From Flaccisagitta enflata (Eukaryota), in NCBI GenBank assembly GCA_965153355.1, contig OZ231126.1, positions 12,400,001 through 12,464,000 of the forward strand: a DNA stretch of 64,000 nt. Direction: 5' to 3'. This document shows positions 1 through 14,788 of the stretch, in pieces; within the stretch, counting starts at the first letter, position 1, and every line of letters starts with the position of its first letter. Under the pieces are notes generated by a model. That model was not told the DNA's origin, did not search any database, and was given only the letters and a program-made list of their open reading frames with translations. The position numbers were made by a program, and so were the translations under genes.

Positions 1-49
<49 letters not shown>

Positions 50-89
50 GCTGTTGCTGTTGTTGTTGTTGTTGTCGTTGTCGTTGTCG

Positions 90-136
<47 letters not shown>

Positions 137-138
137 GC

Positions 139-185
<47 letters not shown>

Positions 186-199
186 TTGTTTTTGTTGTT

Positions 200-266
<67 letters not shown>

Positions 267-272
267 TTGTTT

Positions 273-303
<31 letters not shown>
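1..303. repeat. (TTG)n microsatellite
   Basis: Direct reading. Confidence 0.95.
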
Positions 304-304
<1 letters not shown>

Positions 305-578
305 CACGTAGGCAATGGGCTGGGTTTTAAGGGAATATAAATCGTTGATAACAGTGGCCTACACTACATATTTTGTCAAATGGGCAATGCGCAGAGTCGT
401 AGGCTGACGCTTACATGTTGAATATGTACATCGATGGTAAAAAGAGGTCACTCTAGATACACTGGATCTGGATGGAAAAAGAATTTCTTCCCAACGCCAT
501 TTTTTGCGCCCTCCAGTGCCACAGGGTCGGGGCATAAAATGTTTACGAGCAGGTCCGGAAAGAGAGAGAGGGAGAGAA

Positions 579-660
<82 letters not shown>

Positions 661-1514
661 AGACACAGACAGAGAGACAGAGAGAGACAGAGGAGACAGA
701 GAGAAGGTATGGAAGCATATAAAATTGGTCTTCTCATTTCTCATGTAAAGCGAATCATGTTTTCTCCTTGCAAAAGCTGACGTTAACAACTTCTGCATGG
801 GTGGGGGGGGGGGTGGGGGGGGGTAGGAAGAGGTTAGTATGAGCGGGATGAGCCGGATCAGAAGGGAGACCAAAGGGGGATAGCTGGCGGTATTGAGCCC
901 GCTAAGGTCAGGGCGCGGAAGTGGGGATAAGTCAAAGGGGACGGGAATCTGAGGGGGAAGTGGGAACGAAATGATGACGAAATCAAACACAACGTTATGT
1001 AAATGAGGATGAAGTAATGAACTGAAATACAGATTGTCCATCAACTATTGAAAAAAAGATGAAATCAAAACATAAAAAAACGGCTCAAAAGGCTTCGATA
1101 CGTGCGACTAGTTTCGTTCGTCAGCTCTTTAGAGACGTTTCTAAGTCTAGGCAAAGTGATAAGAAGATGATGAGAGCATTAATGCATTACTTCGAGAATG
1201 ACGTTATTTGCACATTGCAGCCCTTAATCGTTCTTTCCCCCGTCCGCGACTAAAGTGTAACCCCGCGTTACTTGTTTCATCCAATGTAGTCTTGGGAACG
1301 ACAATCAAAACGTCCAAGCAGACTATAGATTTAAAATGAAAATTGAATAACCCCCTCGTCGACCTAAAATGAGTTGCCTAAGTCCGAATTTCATTGTTTA
1401 TTGTTCCCCACACATTCTTCATCGCTAATAAAGAGATTATTCAAACAAAAACTAAAAGTCAACTAAATTTTTTCTACCGCCTCCAATAAATAAAAAAAAG
1501 AAATCCCCCAAATA

Positions 1515-1604
<90 letters not shown>

Positions 1605-1868
1605 CTCTCTCATTCCTCTCTCTCTCTCTCTCTCTCTCGCTCTCTCTCATTCCTAATCTTATTCTCTCTCTCTCGATTGCAAAAATGGTAATAAAACAAA
1701 TTTTTGGAAAAGGTGAAAAAAGTAAAACAAATTTTGCGGTTTAAACTTACGTCGGCCGATGAAATGTTAATTTGCTTAAAGATGTAAGGAAAAAAAAAGA
1801 AGGTGGAAACGGAACGAGACGGACAGCCTGTCTCCTTGGCGCCGGGGAGGGAATGGATGGGGAGGGAT

Positions 1869-1960
<92 letters not shown>

Positions 1961-2228
1961 ATTCATATTTTCATAATATTGTTATTCGTTATTGCATATT
2001 GTACCATGTTTTTCAGTGTGTTGTTGATCTGTGCCACACATTCAACAGTAAATAGATGCCAGTTATCATATACTATATAATATAAACGTCATATGTAGAC
2101 ACTTCTCTGTGACTTTCTTTGTATGCCTGCCCACCTGCCATTCCAGCTGATAACTGAACTGGTTTTTGGTCATTTGGCAGAGATAACACTTTTAAGATCT
2201 TTCTGCCCAGTAGATCAGAGAGAGAGAA

Positions 2229-2325
<97 letters not shown>

Positions 2326-2911
2326 ATAGAGATATCATTATGGCGCCTGGTGTCGGGGTGGAATTTGCTGGCAATCGTCGGTTGCCGTGAAATATCTCTC
2401 GATCACCTTTTTCCAGGTCTCAAGACCAAGGGGTCAACAACACATGATGATGATGGTCTCAGGCAAGAGAGAGGGTGGGGGTGAAGGATGAGGAGACGGG
2501 GAGGAAGAGAAGGGGCATCCGGGGGAGATGGAAAGGGATGGAAGGTGAAGTAGGGGTGGGGGTGGGGGTGAACGATGAGGAGGAGGGGTGAGGAAGAGGA
2601 GGAGGAAGAGGAAGGGGAAGAAGTGGCAGAGGGAAGAATAGTGGTGGTAATTAGAGTAGTTGGTGGTTTTTAAAAATCAAGCGAGGGGGATGCCAAGGGA
2701 AGAGAATGGAGGAAGTGGTGAAGGACCAAAGGACCAAGGTTAGTTGGGGAAGAAGAAAACGAGGAGCAGGAACAATGCCAAGGGCGTGAAGAGGAGAAGA
2801 TGGAGGGGAAAGTTGGGAAGGAAAATCACGAGAAAATTAAAGAGAAATTGACGGGGGAAAAAGATGAAGAGGGAGCGAATTCAGATACACAAAAACAATA
2901 AATAAAAGATT

Positions 2912-2958
<47 letters not shown>

Positions 2959-4003
2959 ATTATGAACAAACAGTAGAATGGACATAAAGAAAGAAACAGT
3001 AAGAAAGAATAACGCCAGACGGTATGAAAAAAAAAGATAAAACTATTATAGAGAGCGGGAAGCTGGTTGAAAAAAAGAAAGAAAACAAACTCTAGACATA
3101 TGTATATAAATCTAGAATAGACAGAGATTTGAAGTTGTCGAAAAACAAATGATAAGGAAGTTCGACTTTTGGCCGTCTCTCATCTTTCTCTCATCGATGT
3201 TCTTTTGTCATATTTTCTAAAATTGAAATGTGTTGAAAAGCCGCCAGGGGCCGCAAGCAGTCGAAGGAAAGGAAAATGACGCCCAATAGAGTTATAATAT
3301 CATATATACTATTTATTAATACTATCCTATTAGACCATCCAATTGTACTATACTATTCACGTCTTTTGTGTTTGCTACGCTTTGACAAATTCTTTTTAAA
3401 AGATGATAAATTTGGACTATTGCACCTCCTGCTACTGGTTCCCGCTTAAAGAAGGATTTTGTCAATGTTACATTCATTCGATAATCAAGGTAGATATGAC
3501 ATAATGATATTTGATAATGATAGTATGATAAAATGCGGCCAAACAATAATTGAGCGTCTGATTTTCATTTTGGCCGTGGTTAAGACAAATTTGGCTCGAG
3601 GTTTAAAAAGAAAACTGAGATATCGATTCCCATAAGAGATGCATTTAAATCACTGTTTTACATTCGAATTATATGTTTGGATTGAACCGCGAAATATTAT
3701 TGGGATTAAGGTGATGATTGATCCCAAATAGTTACGCCCTGCCAGAAAAGGCTCACTGAGGCATGAGTGCCGGAAAAGTGCCCGAAAATAAACTGAAATA
3801 CCCTTTAGGACTCTGAAGTACCCTTAAGTATCCTAGAGTACCTTAAGTACCTAGAGTGCCTTTACTGCCTTTAGTACCCTCAGGTACCCGCTAAAATACC
3901 CTGAAGTACCTTGGAGAACCCTAAAAAGTGCAAATTTTAAAGATGTTTCCGACGGACGGACCAACACAGCAAGTTCTGCTGTCGCGTGCACGCGACTAAA
4001 AAT

Positions 4004-4240
4004 AAACAAGGCCGGATACACGGCTACCCCAGCCGTGTGCGGGTGGGCAGGGGCTGTAGTTGAGGTCACTTGATCATTTGGGCAGGAGCAGTGAGGCCAA
4101 AGACTACAAAAAAACAAAAAAACAAAAAAAATAAAGTGTGACGGACAGACCAATGGACGGACGTGCCCACGGACGCACCGACGGACATACAGACGGACGG
4201 ACAAAGCGGGCTGTAGAGTCGCGTAGCACGCGACTAAAAA
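4004..4240 (-). mobile_element. DINE-1/HINE-like non-autonomous Helentron-type element, family A
   Basis: Terminal AGTCGCGT..ACGCGACT hairpin next to a T-run, (GTCC/GTCG)n microsatellite, and GGCC..GGCC-type stem-loop ending TTGTTT; many copies in the window. Confidence 0.7.
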
Positions 4241-4835
4241 CGCCAGGCGCACCATCCGCCTTTTGCATTGTTTACAGTAAACTGTACACTTATGTAGATA
4301 CAGGTAAGGTTCACTAAAGCGCATTTCAGCTAGAAGTATTCCTTGTAGTGAATCTTTGATGGGACATAAAGTTCCATGTCTTATAGGCGGGCAGGTTCGC
4401 CAAAGCGGTTTTCCAAAATACAAAATTGTATTATTGAGAAAAGTAAGCACGGAGCACGCAACTGTTTCTGTGTTGGGTTTGTAAATAATTAAACACAGAA
4501 ACAGTTTTTGATCTTTAAAAAAAAAAAAAGCTTCATCGAGCAAAAGTTATGTTGGTATCTACTATCTTCATGTTGGCAAAATTCGTTGGTAGTTGCTAAT
4601 TGATCCTTCTCTCCAGAGGTTCAACAAGAATGAAAAAAAAAGTTGGAATGATGTTATTGATGGAATTTATTTCCCACTTTTCACCCTCTTTTTATTCTGT
4701 CAAAAAGAAGAGAAATCAAGTGAGAATGATTCTGTTGGTGTTAATTCAGGATTGAGATGCAATTCATTTAACACTCACACTTCAGGTTTTGTTCAGAAAT
4801 TTGATATCCATTTTCTCACTATTTTGGTCTCAATC

Positions 4836-4892
<57 letters not shown>

Positions 4893-5064
4893 ATTCGCGG
4901 GCATATTTTGGGTTCGTTTTAGGTCCATTTTTTGTCCATTTTTGGCCCTTTTTAATTTTTTTGTCCGTGTGTCGGACCGAGGGCTTTCCAAGTTTTGTCA
5001 TATTTGCACTCCATAACATTTTCCAAGTTTGATGATGGCTGGGAAGACGAGACACAGAAAGGAC

Positions 5065-5138
<74 letters not shown>

Positions 5139-5263
5139 GAATAAACGAACGACAAAGATCAAGTTGTACATGGAATTTTCGCAGGTTAGACTTTGAAAAA
5201 TTTGGTGTTGATGGAACCAAAAATCAAATATGAACTAAAAAAAAGTATGAAATACAGGTTTGG

Positions 5264-5343
<80 letters not shown>

Positions 5344-6201
5344 TCTAATCGGCAGCCATGCTGGCGGCCGAATATCGAATATGACTTTTCATTATGTTTG
5401 GTTTAAAGTTGAAACCTTTTGAGGGGAAATTTTTTTTTTCTATCATTGAGGGGGATTTTTTTTTCTTTAATATTTCTTTTTTTCCTCTTCTTCTTCCTAT
5501 TCCCCTTTTGTTTAAATGTTTCTCCTCTGATTATTTGCAGACTTTTTGAGCCAAACAATGGTTTTGGAAAAGGGAGACAAGATCTCAGATTTCCATCTTT
5601 CTCTTTTTTTTTATTCTATTTTGCCTGTCAGCACTCAGAGACACAGATAATAACAAGCAGAGGTGGCTGGAGGAAGGGGGAGAAGGTGTAAGGGAGACAA
5701 TGAATATGCAGGTAAATACATTTGTTGACTGCTTGATCATCACCACCGCTGTTTATGTTTATGAAATGTTGATTGCGTGACCATCAATATACATGAAATG
5801 TTAATCTAGTGCAAAAAAAAAAAAAAAAGAAAAAAAAAAACTCAGCGGATTCTTATACTGCCATATCAAGATCAATCATGTCAAAATCAACAATGCAACA
5901 CAAGGATATGATGACATGACGATGGGAAAAAAGACATTGATTTTGGGATATGTAAATGAAGTTTTGATTACATCAAAACGAACAAATTGGGAATTTTCAA
6001 CACAAATGACTGTGAGATTTTCATTCGTGTCGGAAATTCTTCATGTGTTAAAAACTTAAGGAGTAAATCCCAGTACCTATTTCGTGTTTTTGCTTTTCAA
6101 CTTGAAGCATGTTAATAACATCAGGGATTTCACATTTTAGTCGCTTCCATTTGACTCTAGTATAGTGAATCCTCAATGATTATTCCTTTATAATTGCACC
6201 T

Positions 6202-6304
<103 letters not shown>

Positions 6305-6554
6305 CTCTCAATTACTACGCGTATATTCTGCGGGTTTCTTTAATCTCTTTCCTAAAAACACGGACAATTCCATTCTTCATAAACTTTCTTCTTTTCTTTC
6401 TTAAAAAATATTTCTTTCATCTTTCTTTGGGTTATTTTGACGTTTTGCGTGGCTCCTTTTATGTATTTTTGAGCCTTTTTAAGCGTCTTTGAATGATAAA
6501 AACGCGACAAAAATTCTTGTATCCTCACCTAACATAACGGACATACACAGGAGA

Positions 6555-6747
<193 letters not shown>

Positions 6748-7241
6748 GCGGGCTCTGCGACTCTATACCCCACTCTGTGTATCCATCGGTCAATCCGTCA
6801 CACCTTACTTTTGAGTTACGGACACGCAACTCTATTGGAGGCTTTTTGCTTCCGTCGGACCGTCCATCTGTTGGTCCATAATGATTGAGTCAAAAAATTT
6901 GAAAACGCACATTCAAGATGTGCTTGTAAATTGTATGTGGTGTGGATTGGGGGTTGCATTCCCCTGCTCACCCAAGTCTTTAATGTGTTGAGAAGGGTTT
7001 AAAAGTAAAAAGAGCTTTTAAGATGTAAGAAGGGTTAAATAGGTTAAAAAAAAAAAAAAGAATGAAAATGATGAAAAGATCAACAATTGCATTTAGTTAT
7101 TTACGTCTAGCATGCGACCTATAGGTGTTGGCCTTGTTTTTAGCTCGCCCCCACTTACCAATTGCCCCTCATTTGATCATACTGTTAACTCACTCTTCTT
7201 CCCCTCCTCCCTCACACCCTCCCCGTGCTTAGTCACTTTTA

Positions 7242-7335
<94 letters not shown>

Positions 7336-7906
7336 CTATTTTACTTTCTCTCACTTTCGAGTCTCTTATGTTTGTTCTTTTGTGTAAAGTCTGTCTGGCA
7401 TCAATTTGGCTCCTCCCATTCTGCTCCTCTCTCCCACTGATTTGCTCCTCTTCCTCTTTTTAACCTCACCCCCTTTTTCACCCTCTCTCCCTCTGCTTTA
7501 CACCTCTTCCTCTTTTTAACCAGGCAACCTTTTAATCACGAAAATCATGAGTAAGTTGTAATCAACTCCACTGAAGCACGACGTCGTGCATCAGTGGAAT
7601 GAAGAATAACTAATGCTCTTTGAAATTTGAGCTTCAGTGGAATTGGAAATAACTGAATTTGTCATATTAGCAAATATATTCAAAATAATCTTTATTTACT
7701 TTTATCTGAAGAAATCATCTTCTTTCTTTTTACCTCTTACTTTTTCTCCTAAGTAGACTTACTAAATAAAGAGAATGTTAACATCAAAAAGAAAATGCTT
7801 TTCAAACATCTACTTAGTTCTTATCATAGGAAAAAAATCAATGTGGGGAAACTTAATTTTTTCATAAAGACATTAATTTGTGTGATTGGAAAAAAGCTTT
7901 TACCAT

Positions 7907-8117
7907 AAACAAGGCCGGATACACGGCTACCGAAGTCGCGTGCGGGTGGGCAGGGGCCATTTTTGAGGTCACCAGATCATTTGAGCAAGAGCAGTGAGGT
8001 CAGAGAAATAAAATCATAAAAAAAAGTAAAGTGTGACGGACCGACCAACCAACCAACCGACCGACCGACCGACGGACAAAGCGGGTTGTAGAGTCGCGTG
8101 CACGCGACTAAAAAAAA
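7907..8117 (-). mobile_element. HINE-like family A copy
   Basis: aaacaaggccggatacacggc ... agagtcgcgtgcacgcgactaaaa. Confidence 0.75.
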
Positions 8118-8578
8118 CTGAGAAGAAAAAAAAATTAAGAGATATTTTCCAAAGGTAACAATGTACAATAGAAAAAAACATTCTTTAATCCCCATATGAA
8201 AAAAAGAAATAAAAAAAATTCTAATTCCGCTGAAATGTAAAGAAAAACTGAATTGCCTCTAAATTCCATTGCAATTTGAAAAGAGGTTGAGAGTCAATCC
8301 ACTGAAGCACAAATGCCAATTCCACTGAAGCACGACGTCGTGCTTCAGTGGAATGGGGCCTTACTGGCCTCATTTCCAGCTCAAAGTCCGTGATCCAGTG
8401 ACTAGCTCTTTTTAACCCCCTTTTTTTCTCCGTTTCCAACTTTCTCTGCGAAACGCCTTCATTTCCCAATTAGTGTAGTGTTCCTCTAGCTTTAGTTTGG
8501 AAGAACTACAAGTCTACATAACAGATAATTCCAGCAAAAACCTGCAAAATGTTTGACATGTATTTTTCTAGGTTGACG

Positions 8579-8778
8579 TTTTTAGTCGCGTGCTATGCGA
8601 CTCTACACCCTGCTTTGTCGGTCCGTCGGTCGGTCGGTCCGTCCGTCGGTCACACTTTACTTTTTTGGTTTTTTGCGGTCTTTGGCCTCACCACTCCTGC
8701 CCAAATGATCAAGTGACCTCAAATACGGCCCCTGCCCACCCGCACGCGACTGGGGTAGTCGTGTATCCGGCCTTGTTT
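8579..8778 (+). mobile_element. HINE-like family A copy
   Basis: ttttagtcgcgtgctatgcgactc, (gtcg)n, 3' subterminal cacgcgact, gtgtatccggccttgttt. Confidence 0.75.
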
Positions 8779-9509
8779 CCTTAAATGGGACATCTGTAAC
8801 GAACTGCCGCGTCAGACAGACTGATAGACGGATCGACTCAGCCTGCAACCAGCAGCGCATCATAAAGCCTAAAATTGCTTAATATGGCGCGTAGATGATG
8901 GTCAATGAATTGAAGGATACGAAAGTGATTGATTTTCATGCCGCTTCCATCGCCCCCGCTTTTGCTTCCGCTTCCATTTTACAAATACTGGTGGCTATCC
9001 CACCTACCAATTCAGAAGCAGTCAACCGCACCCACACACACATCTCTACTTGCCAGGGATCTACACTTTAGTTAAGGGTCAAAAAATGCTTAAAGAAATT
9101 TTGATTGTTGCACCACTTATTCTTAGATCATTCGAACACGGTTGCGATGCGATCTAAAACATAGAATAACATTTGAAAAAAGTTGTAACGACATTCTTTT
9201 TGCACTGTTTGACATTGTCCAGTAAGTCAATTCTAACAAGAAGAAATGAAGTTGATTTTGCTGCTTTTATTCTATTCAACAAGAGTAGGCGTTTTTTTAG
9301 TTGATATTCTAAGAGTTCATCAAGTTCTCCCAGAAGATCAAGTTGGTTCATTCAACAACAATTAGTTTGTTTGTCGCACCTTTAGAAATTCTATCATTAT
9401 CCGTTTTTTGCCATTACTCAGTCTAATTGCGAGCCAAAACTTTGCTCTACTTGTTTTTATTTGCCTCTACCACTCTCTCTGTTTCTCCTCCTCATGTTCT
9501 TTGTTTTCG

Positions 9510-11795
9510 CCTTCTTCTTTTTCTCTTCTTCTTATTTTCTTTTTCTTCTTCTTCTTCTCTTCTTCTTCTGCTTCTTCTTCTTCTTCTTCTTCTTCTTCTT
9601 CTTCTTCTTCTTCTTCTTCTTCTTCTTCTTTTTCTTCTTCTTCTTCTTCTTCTTTTTCTTCTTCTTGTTCCTTTTCTTTTTCTTTTTCTTTTTCTTTTTC
9701 TTCTTCTTCTTCTTCTTCTTCTTCTTCTTCTTCTTCTTCTTCTTCTTCTTCTTCTTCTTCTTCTTCTCCTTTTTCCTCCCCTTCTTCCCCTTCTTCTTTT
9801 CTTCTTCTTCTTCTTCTTCTTCTTCTTCTTCTTCTTCTTCTTCTTCTTCTTCTTCTTCTTCTTCATAGTCTTCTTCTTCTTCTTCTTCTTCTTCTTCTTC
9901 TTCTTCTTTCTTCTTCTTCTTCCCTCTTCTTCTTCTTCTTCTTCTTCTTCTTCTTCTTCTTCTTCTTCTTCTTCTTCTTCTTCTTCTTCTTCCCCTTCTT
10001 CTTCTACTTCTCCTTTTTCTTCCCCTTCTTCCTTCTTCTTCTTCTTCTTCTTCTTCTTCTTCTTCTTCTTCTTCTTCTTCTTCTTCTTCTTCTTCTTCTT
10101 CTTCTTCTTCTTCTTCTTCTTCTTCTTCTTCTTCTTCTTCTTCTTCTTCTTCTTCTTCTTTCTTCTTCTTCTTCTTCTTCTTCTTCTTCTTCTTCTTCTT
10201 CTTCTTCTTCTTCTTCTTCTTCTTCTTCTTCTTCTTCTTCTTCTTCTTCTTCTTCTTCTTCTTCTTCTTCTTCTTCTTCTTCTTCTTCTTCTTCTTCTTC
10301 TTCTTCTTCTTCTTCCCCCCTCTTCTTCTTCTTCTTCCCCATCTTCCCCTTCTTATTCTTCTTCTTCTTCATCTTCTTCTTCTTCTTCTTCTTCTTCTTC
10401 TTCTTCTTCTTCTTCTTCTTCTTCTCCTTCTTCCCCCTCTTCTTCTTCTTCTTCCCCTTCTTCTTCTACTTCTCCTTTTTCTTCCCCTTCTTCCTTCTTC
10501 TTCTTCTTTTTGGGCAGCGGCCCCGAAGGGGACGAAGTCCTGTAGAACACAGGGGGACTTTCGTTCGTTCGTCTGTTCGTTAGTTAGTTTGTTCGTTCGT
10601 TCGTCCCCCCCTTATCAGGCCCCTCAGGCCTCAAATCCGGCCTCTCTGGCCTCAAATCCAGCCTCTCATGCCTCAAATCCAGCCTCTCAGGCCTCAAATC
10701 CAGCCTCTCAGGCCTCTAATCCAGCCTCTCAGGCCTCTAATCCAGCCTCTCAGGCCTCTAATCCAGCCTCTCAGGCCTCAAATCCAGCCTCTCTAGCCTC
10801 AAATCCAGCCTCTCCGGCTTCAAATCCGGCCTCTCAGGCCTCAAAACTGGCCTTTCAGACCTCAAATTAGGCCTCGCAGGCCTCAAATCGAAATTCCCAT
10901 GCCTTAAACCTGTCCTCTCATGCCTCAAATTAGGCCTCAAGTTACGCCTCTCAAACTTCCAATTGGCATTCTCAGGCATTACATCAGCCTTCTTAGACCT
11001 TGATTTAAGCTCTTGAAGGCCTTCAGCCAACCCTCTATGTGACATCTCATCCACGTAAGGCAGGGCAAACGAAAGTCCCCCTGTGTTCTACAGGACTTCG
11101 TCCCCTTCGGGGCCGCTGCCCTGCTTCCCCTCACTCCAACTCACAATCACTCAAAGCAGGGCAAAGGGTATCGCTGACCATATATTGCCCTTGGGCGACC
11201 TGTTCTTTTTCTTTTTCTTTTTCTTTTTCCTCTTCTTCTTCTTCTTCTTCTTCTTCTTCTTCTTCTTCTTCTTCTTCTTCTTCTTCTTCTTTTCTTCATC
11301 ATCTTCTTCTTCTTTTCTTCATCATCTTCTTCTTCTTCTTCTTCTTCTTCTTCTTCTTCTTCTTCTTTTCTTCATCATCATCTTCTTCTTCTTCTTCTTC
11401 TTCTTCTTCTTCTTCTTCTTCTTCTTCTTCTTTTTCTTCTTCTTTCTTCTTCTTCTTCTTCTTCTTCTTCTTCTTCTTCTTCTTCTTCTTCTTCTTCTTC
11501 TTCTTCTTCTTCTTCTTCTTCTTCTTCTTCTTCTTCTTCTTCTTCTTCTTCTTCTTCTTCTTCTTCTTCTTCTTCTTCTTCTTCTTCTTCTTCTTCTTCT
11601 TCTTCTTCTTCTTCTTCTTCTTCTTCTTCTTCTTCTTCTTCTTCTTTTTCTTCTTTTTCTTCTTCTTCTTCTTCTTCTTCTTCTTCTTCTTCTTCTTCTT
11701 CTTCTTCTTCTTCTTCTTCTTCTTCTTCTTCTTCTTCTTCTCCTTCTTCTTTTTCTCCTTCTTCTTCTTCGCCTTCTTCTTCTTCTTCTTCTTTT
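9510..11795. repeat. Very long (CTT)n tract interrupted by a family B element
   Basis: Direct reading. Confidence 0.95.
10507..11204 (+). mobile_element. HINE-like family B: asymmetric ~55-bp inverted repeats with 21-bp internal minisatellite
   Basis: gggcagcggccccgaaggggacgaagtcctgtagaacacagggggactttcgtt (from 10512) recurs inverted at about 11068-11121; internal (aggcctcaaatccagcctctc)n; 3' GGGCAA..TTGCCC stem-loop; sits in a T-rich microsatellite. Confidence 0.7.
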
Positions 11796-12224
11796 CCCTC
11801 ATCTTCCTCTTCTATCTCCCCCTCCATCACGCCGCCGGAGCACTACAATGGCGCCAAGGGAAACATTTTTGCCGTTTTTCTCAGGTTCTGATCTTTTGCG
11901 GGAATTCTTTTTTTTTTCTTTTTTTGGATCTGTTCTTTTTTTTCTCTCTTTTTTCTCTCTTTTTTTCCCTTTCTTTTTCTTATTCGGCCACCAACTCAGA
12001 AGACAGAAAAATCGATCTCACCTCACAAATATCAGCTGGTACCGTTTCTTGGGTATCTTATCTGAGCTCAGCTAATTTGGTGAGAGTTCATCATACTTTG
12101 GCAGTGATCATTGATCAGTTTATCTGGCCTTAACTCGTTAATCAATGTGATTGATCATTCATGGAAGAAATGGACATCAGTGAATTGTATGGCCAGTTGA
12201 ACCAAGTCTAACTTTTTACATAAG

Positions 12225-12560
12225 AACAGGTCGGCCAAGGGCAATATGTGGTCAGCGAAACCCGTTGCCCCGCTTTGCAAGATTGTGAAATGGAGCGGCA
12301 GGAAGCAGGGCAGCAGCCCCAAAGGGGACGATTCCTGTAGACCACAAGGGTACTTTTCCCGTCTATCCGTCCAGTTTGAGGTTTGAGAGGGCAGATTTGA
12401 GGCCTGAGAGCAGATTTGAGGTCTGAGGGCTGAATTGATGGCGGACAAGCCAGATTTGAGGGCTGATTCGGGGCCTGGGGCTGAGAGGAAAGGCAGATTT
12501 CAGGCCTGAATGAGCAGATTTCCTCCCCAAGAGGGTGAATTTCAGGCTAGGTTGGTCGGT
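12225..12560 (-). mobile_element. HINE-like family B, partial copy
   Basis: aacaggtcggccaagggcaatatgtggtcagcg and one inverted-repeat arm, plus gatttgaggcctgagag repeats. Confidence 0.6.
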
Positions 12561-13190
12561 CGGGTTACGCATTTGTTGGAGGTAACACAAGGCTCAAATG
12601 TTGGCCCGCTTGGCCTTGTTAACTTACCATTAGCAACTCTCCATGCAAATGAAGGAAGTCTTCAGGACGCTGAAATTTTAATTTCAATTTAGATTTAAAT
12701 TTTAATTATTGTCTTGCTCACCCTAGCCTAACCAGCTCATCAATTTCATTTGAAAAGCAGTAGTTTGCCAATCAGCACAAAATTGCAAAACCAATTCGCT
12801 ATTTTCATATCATAAGCGAACCTTGCTCACCGTCACAAATGGCTCTGATACGTACGCAGTATCGTGGCATGTTTTACTAATAGACCTAGAGAGACAGACA
12901 AAGAGACAGAGACAGACCAAATGAGACAGAAAGGTAGACAGAGAGAGAAAGACCAAGAGAGATAAAAGAAGCGAAAGTAAATGATAAATGGGATCCCGCC
13001 CAAAGCCCTTGCCAAAGCTAATAACTGAATGATAATAAACGCCTCAAAAAAGTGTCAACCGCAGTAATAAGATTATGAAATTCATATTTTTGTAACAAAA
13101 ACATGCGCTCGAATTTCCAAAAACAAAACGTCTTTGAAGCATAATGTGACAAAGTACAAGGTTTACGTTAGTCCGTCCGCCATGGCGGTG

Positions 13191-13254
<64 letters not shown>

Positions 13255-13877
13255 AGAGAAATACTATAAATAATAGAAATGGGATTTTTCATATTTGTCC
13301 AATTAAAACAGTTATGCGCTTCATGTCTTGGCCTATCTACTCAAATTCATTTCTTTTTTTTTTTTCAAAGATTATTTTTACCAATTATCATTTTTTTTGG
13401 TGAATGTGAAAAAAAGAATGTTCTGAGGACAAGAGGACACTCAGAGTTCATCCAGGGATGACATTAAGAGAGAGAAAAAAAAGAAAAAAAGTATTGACAA
13501 GATTCTTGATCTTTCCCAAATTGATACCAATTTGGTAAGAACATGTCGTATGAAAGTTAACCAGAGTTGCTAGTAGCAACTTTCCACTCAACCCCTTATA
13601 AAAGAATGAAAGCCTTTGGGTTTGCAACATTTCTTGAAATCAGATACATGAGCTGAAATTTTCTAAATGTTTGCTTTGGAAGAACACCGTTTGCTAAAAT
13701 ATCATCCAGCTTAACCATTTCAAGAAATGCTGACCTAGTAAACACAAAATGGCTGCCGTATGGGCCGGTTGGAAGAGTGACAAACCGACGGACCGACCTA
13801 CAGTACAACAAATATGGTAGCTTGAAGAGTCGCAATAGTGATTCGTTGTATCGTTCATTCTTAATTTCTCTTGTACA

Positions 13878-13886
13878 GTGATGATA

Positions 13887-13942
<56 letters not shown>

Positions 13943-14121
13943 TGGTGATGGATGATGATGGATGATGATGAGAATGATGAAATGAATGATGATGTGTGTG
14001 TGTGTGTGATGATGATGATGATGATAGTAATGATGATGATGATGAGTATGATGATGGTGATGATGTAATGATGATGATGATGATAATGATGATGGATGAT
14101 GATAGATGATGATGATGATGC

Positions 14122-14156
<35 letters not shown>

Positions 14157-14260
14157 AGTGTAGTAGTGATGAATGATGATGGATGATGACCCGATGTGAT
14201 TGATGATGATGATGTGATGATGATGATGATGATGATGATGATGTGTGTTGTGTGATGATG

Positions 14261-14318
<58 letters not shown>

Positions 14319-14435
14319 ATGTGTGGTGTGAAGATGGATGATGATATGATGAAGATGATGTAATGTGTGTGTGTGTGTGTGTGTGTGAAAGATGATGATG
14401 TGATGTGTGTGTGTGTGTGTGTGTGTGACGTGTGG

Positions 14436-14481
<46 letters not shown>

Positions 14482-14507
14482 CGGTGAAGAGTATGATTGA
14501 TGGTGTG

Positions 14508-14539
<32 letters not shown>

Positions 14540-14678
14540 TGACGTGCTGTGATGATGATTGTGATGATGATGATGATGTGATGATGTGTGATGGATGATG
14601 ATGGGCGATGATGTGATGTGATGATGTGTGTGTGATGTGTGTGATGTGTGTGTGTGTGGTGGTGATGATGATGGTGAT

Positions 14679-14721
<43 letters not shown>

Positions 14722-14736
14722 CGATGATGAAGATGG

Positions 14737-14783
<47 letters not shown>

Positions 14784-14788
14784 TTGAT
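13878..14788. repeat. Mixed (GAT)n/(GT)n microsatellite; insertion site of the LTR element
   Basis: Direct reading; degenerate (GAT)n continues at 28875-28920. Confidence 0.9.

Noticed and set aside
760-948. Possible downstream minus-strand exon (ccccctcag| acceptor at 949)
   Set aside because: The phase needed to join the 42407 donor hits TGA within six codons; no recognisable homology or donor.
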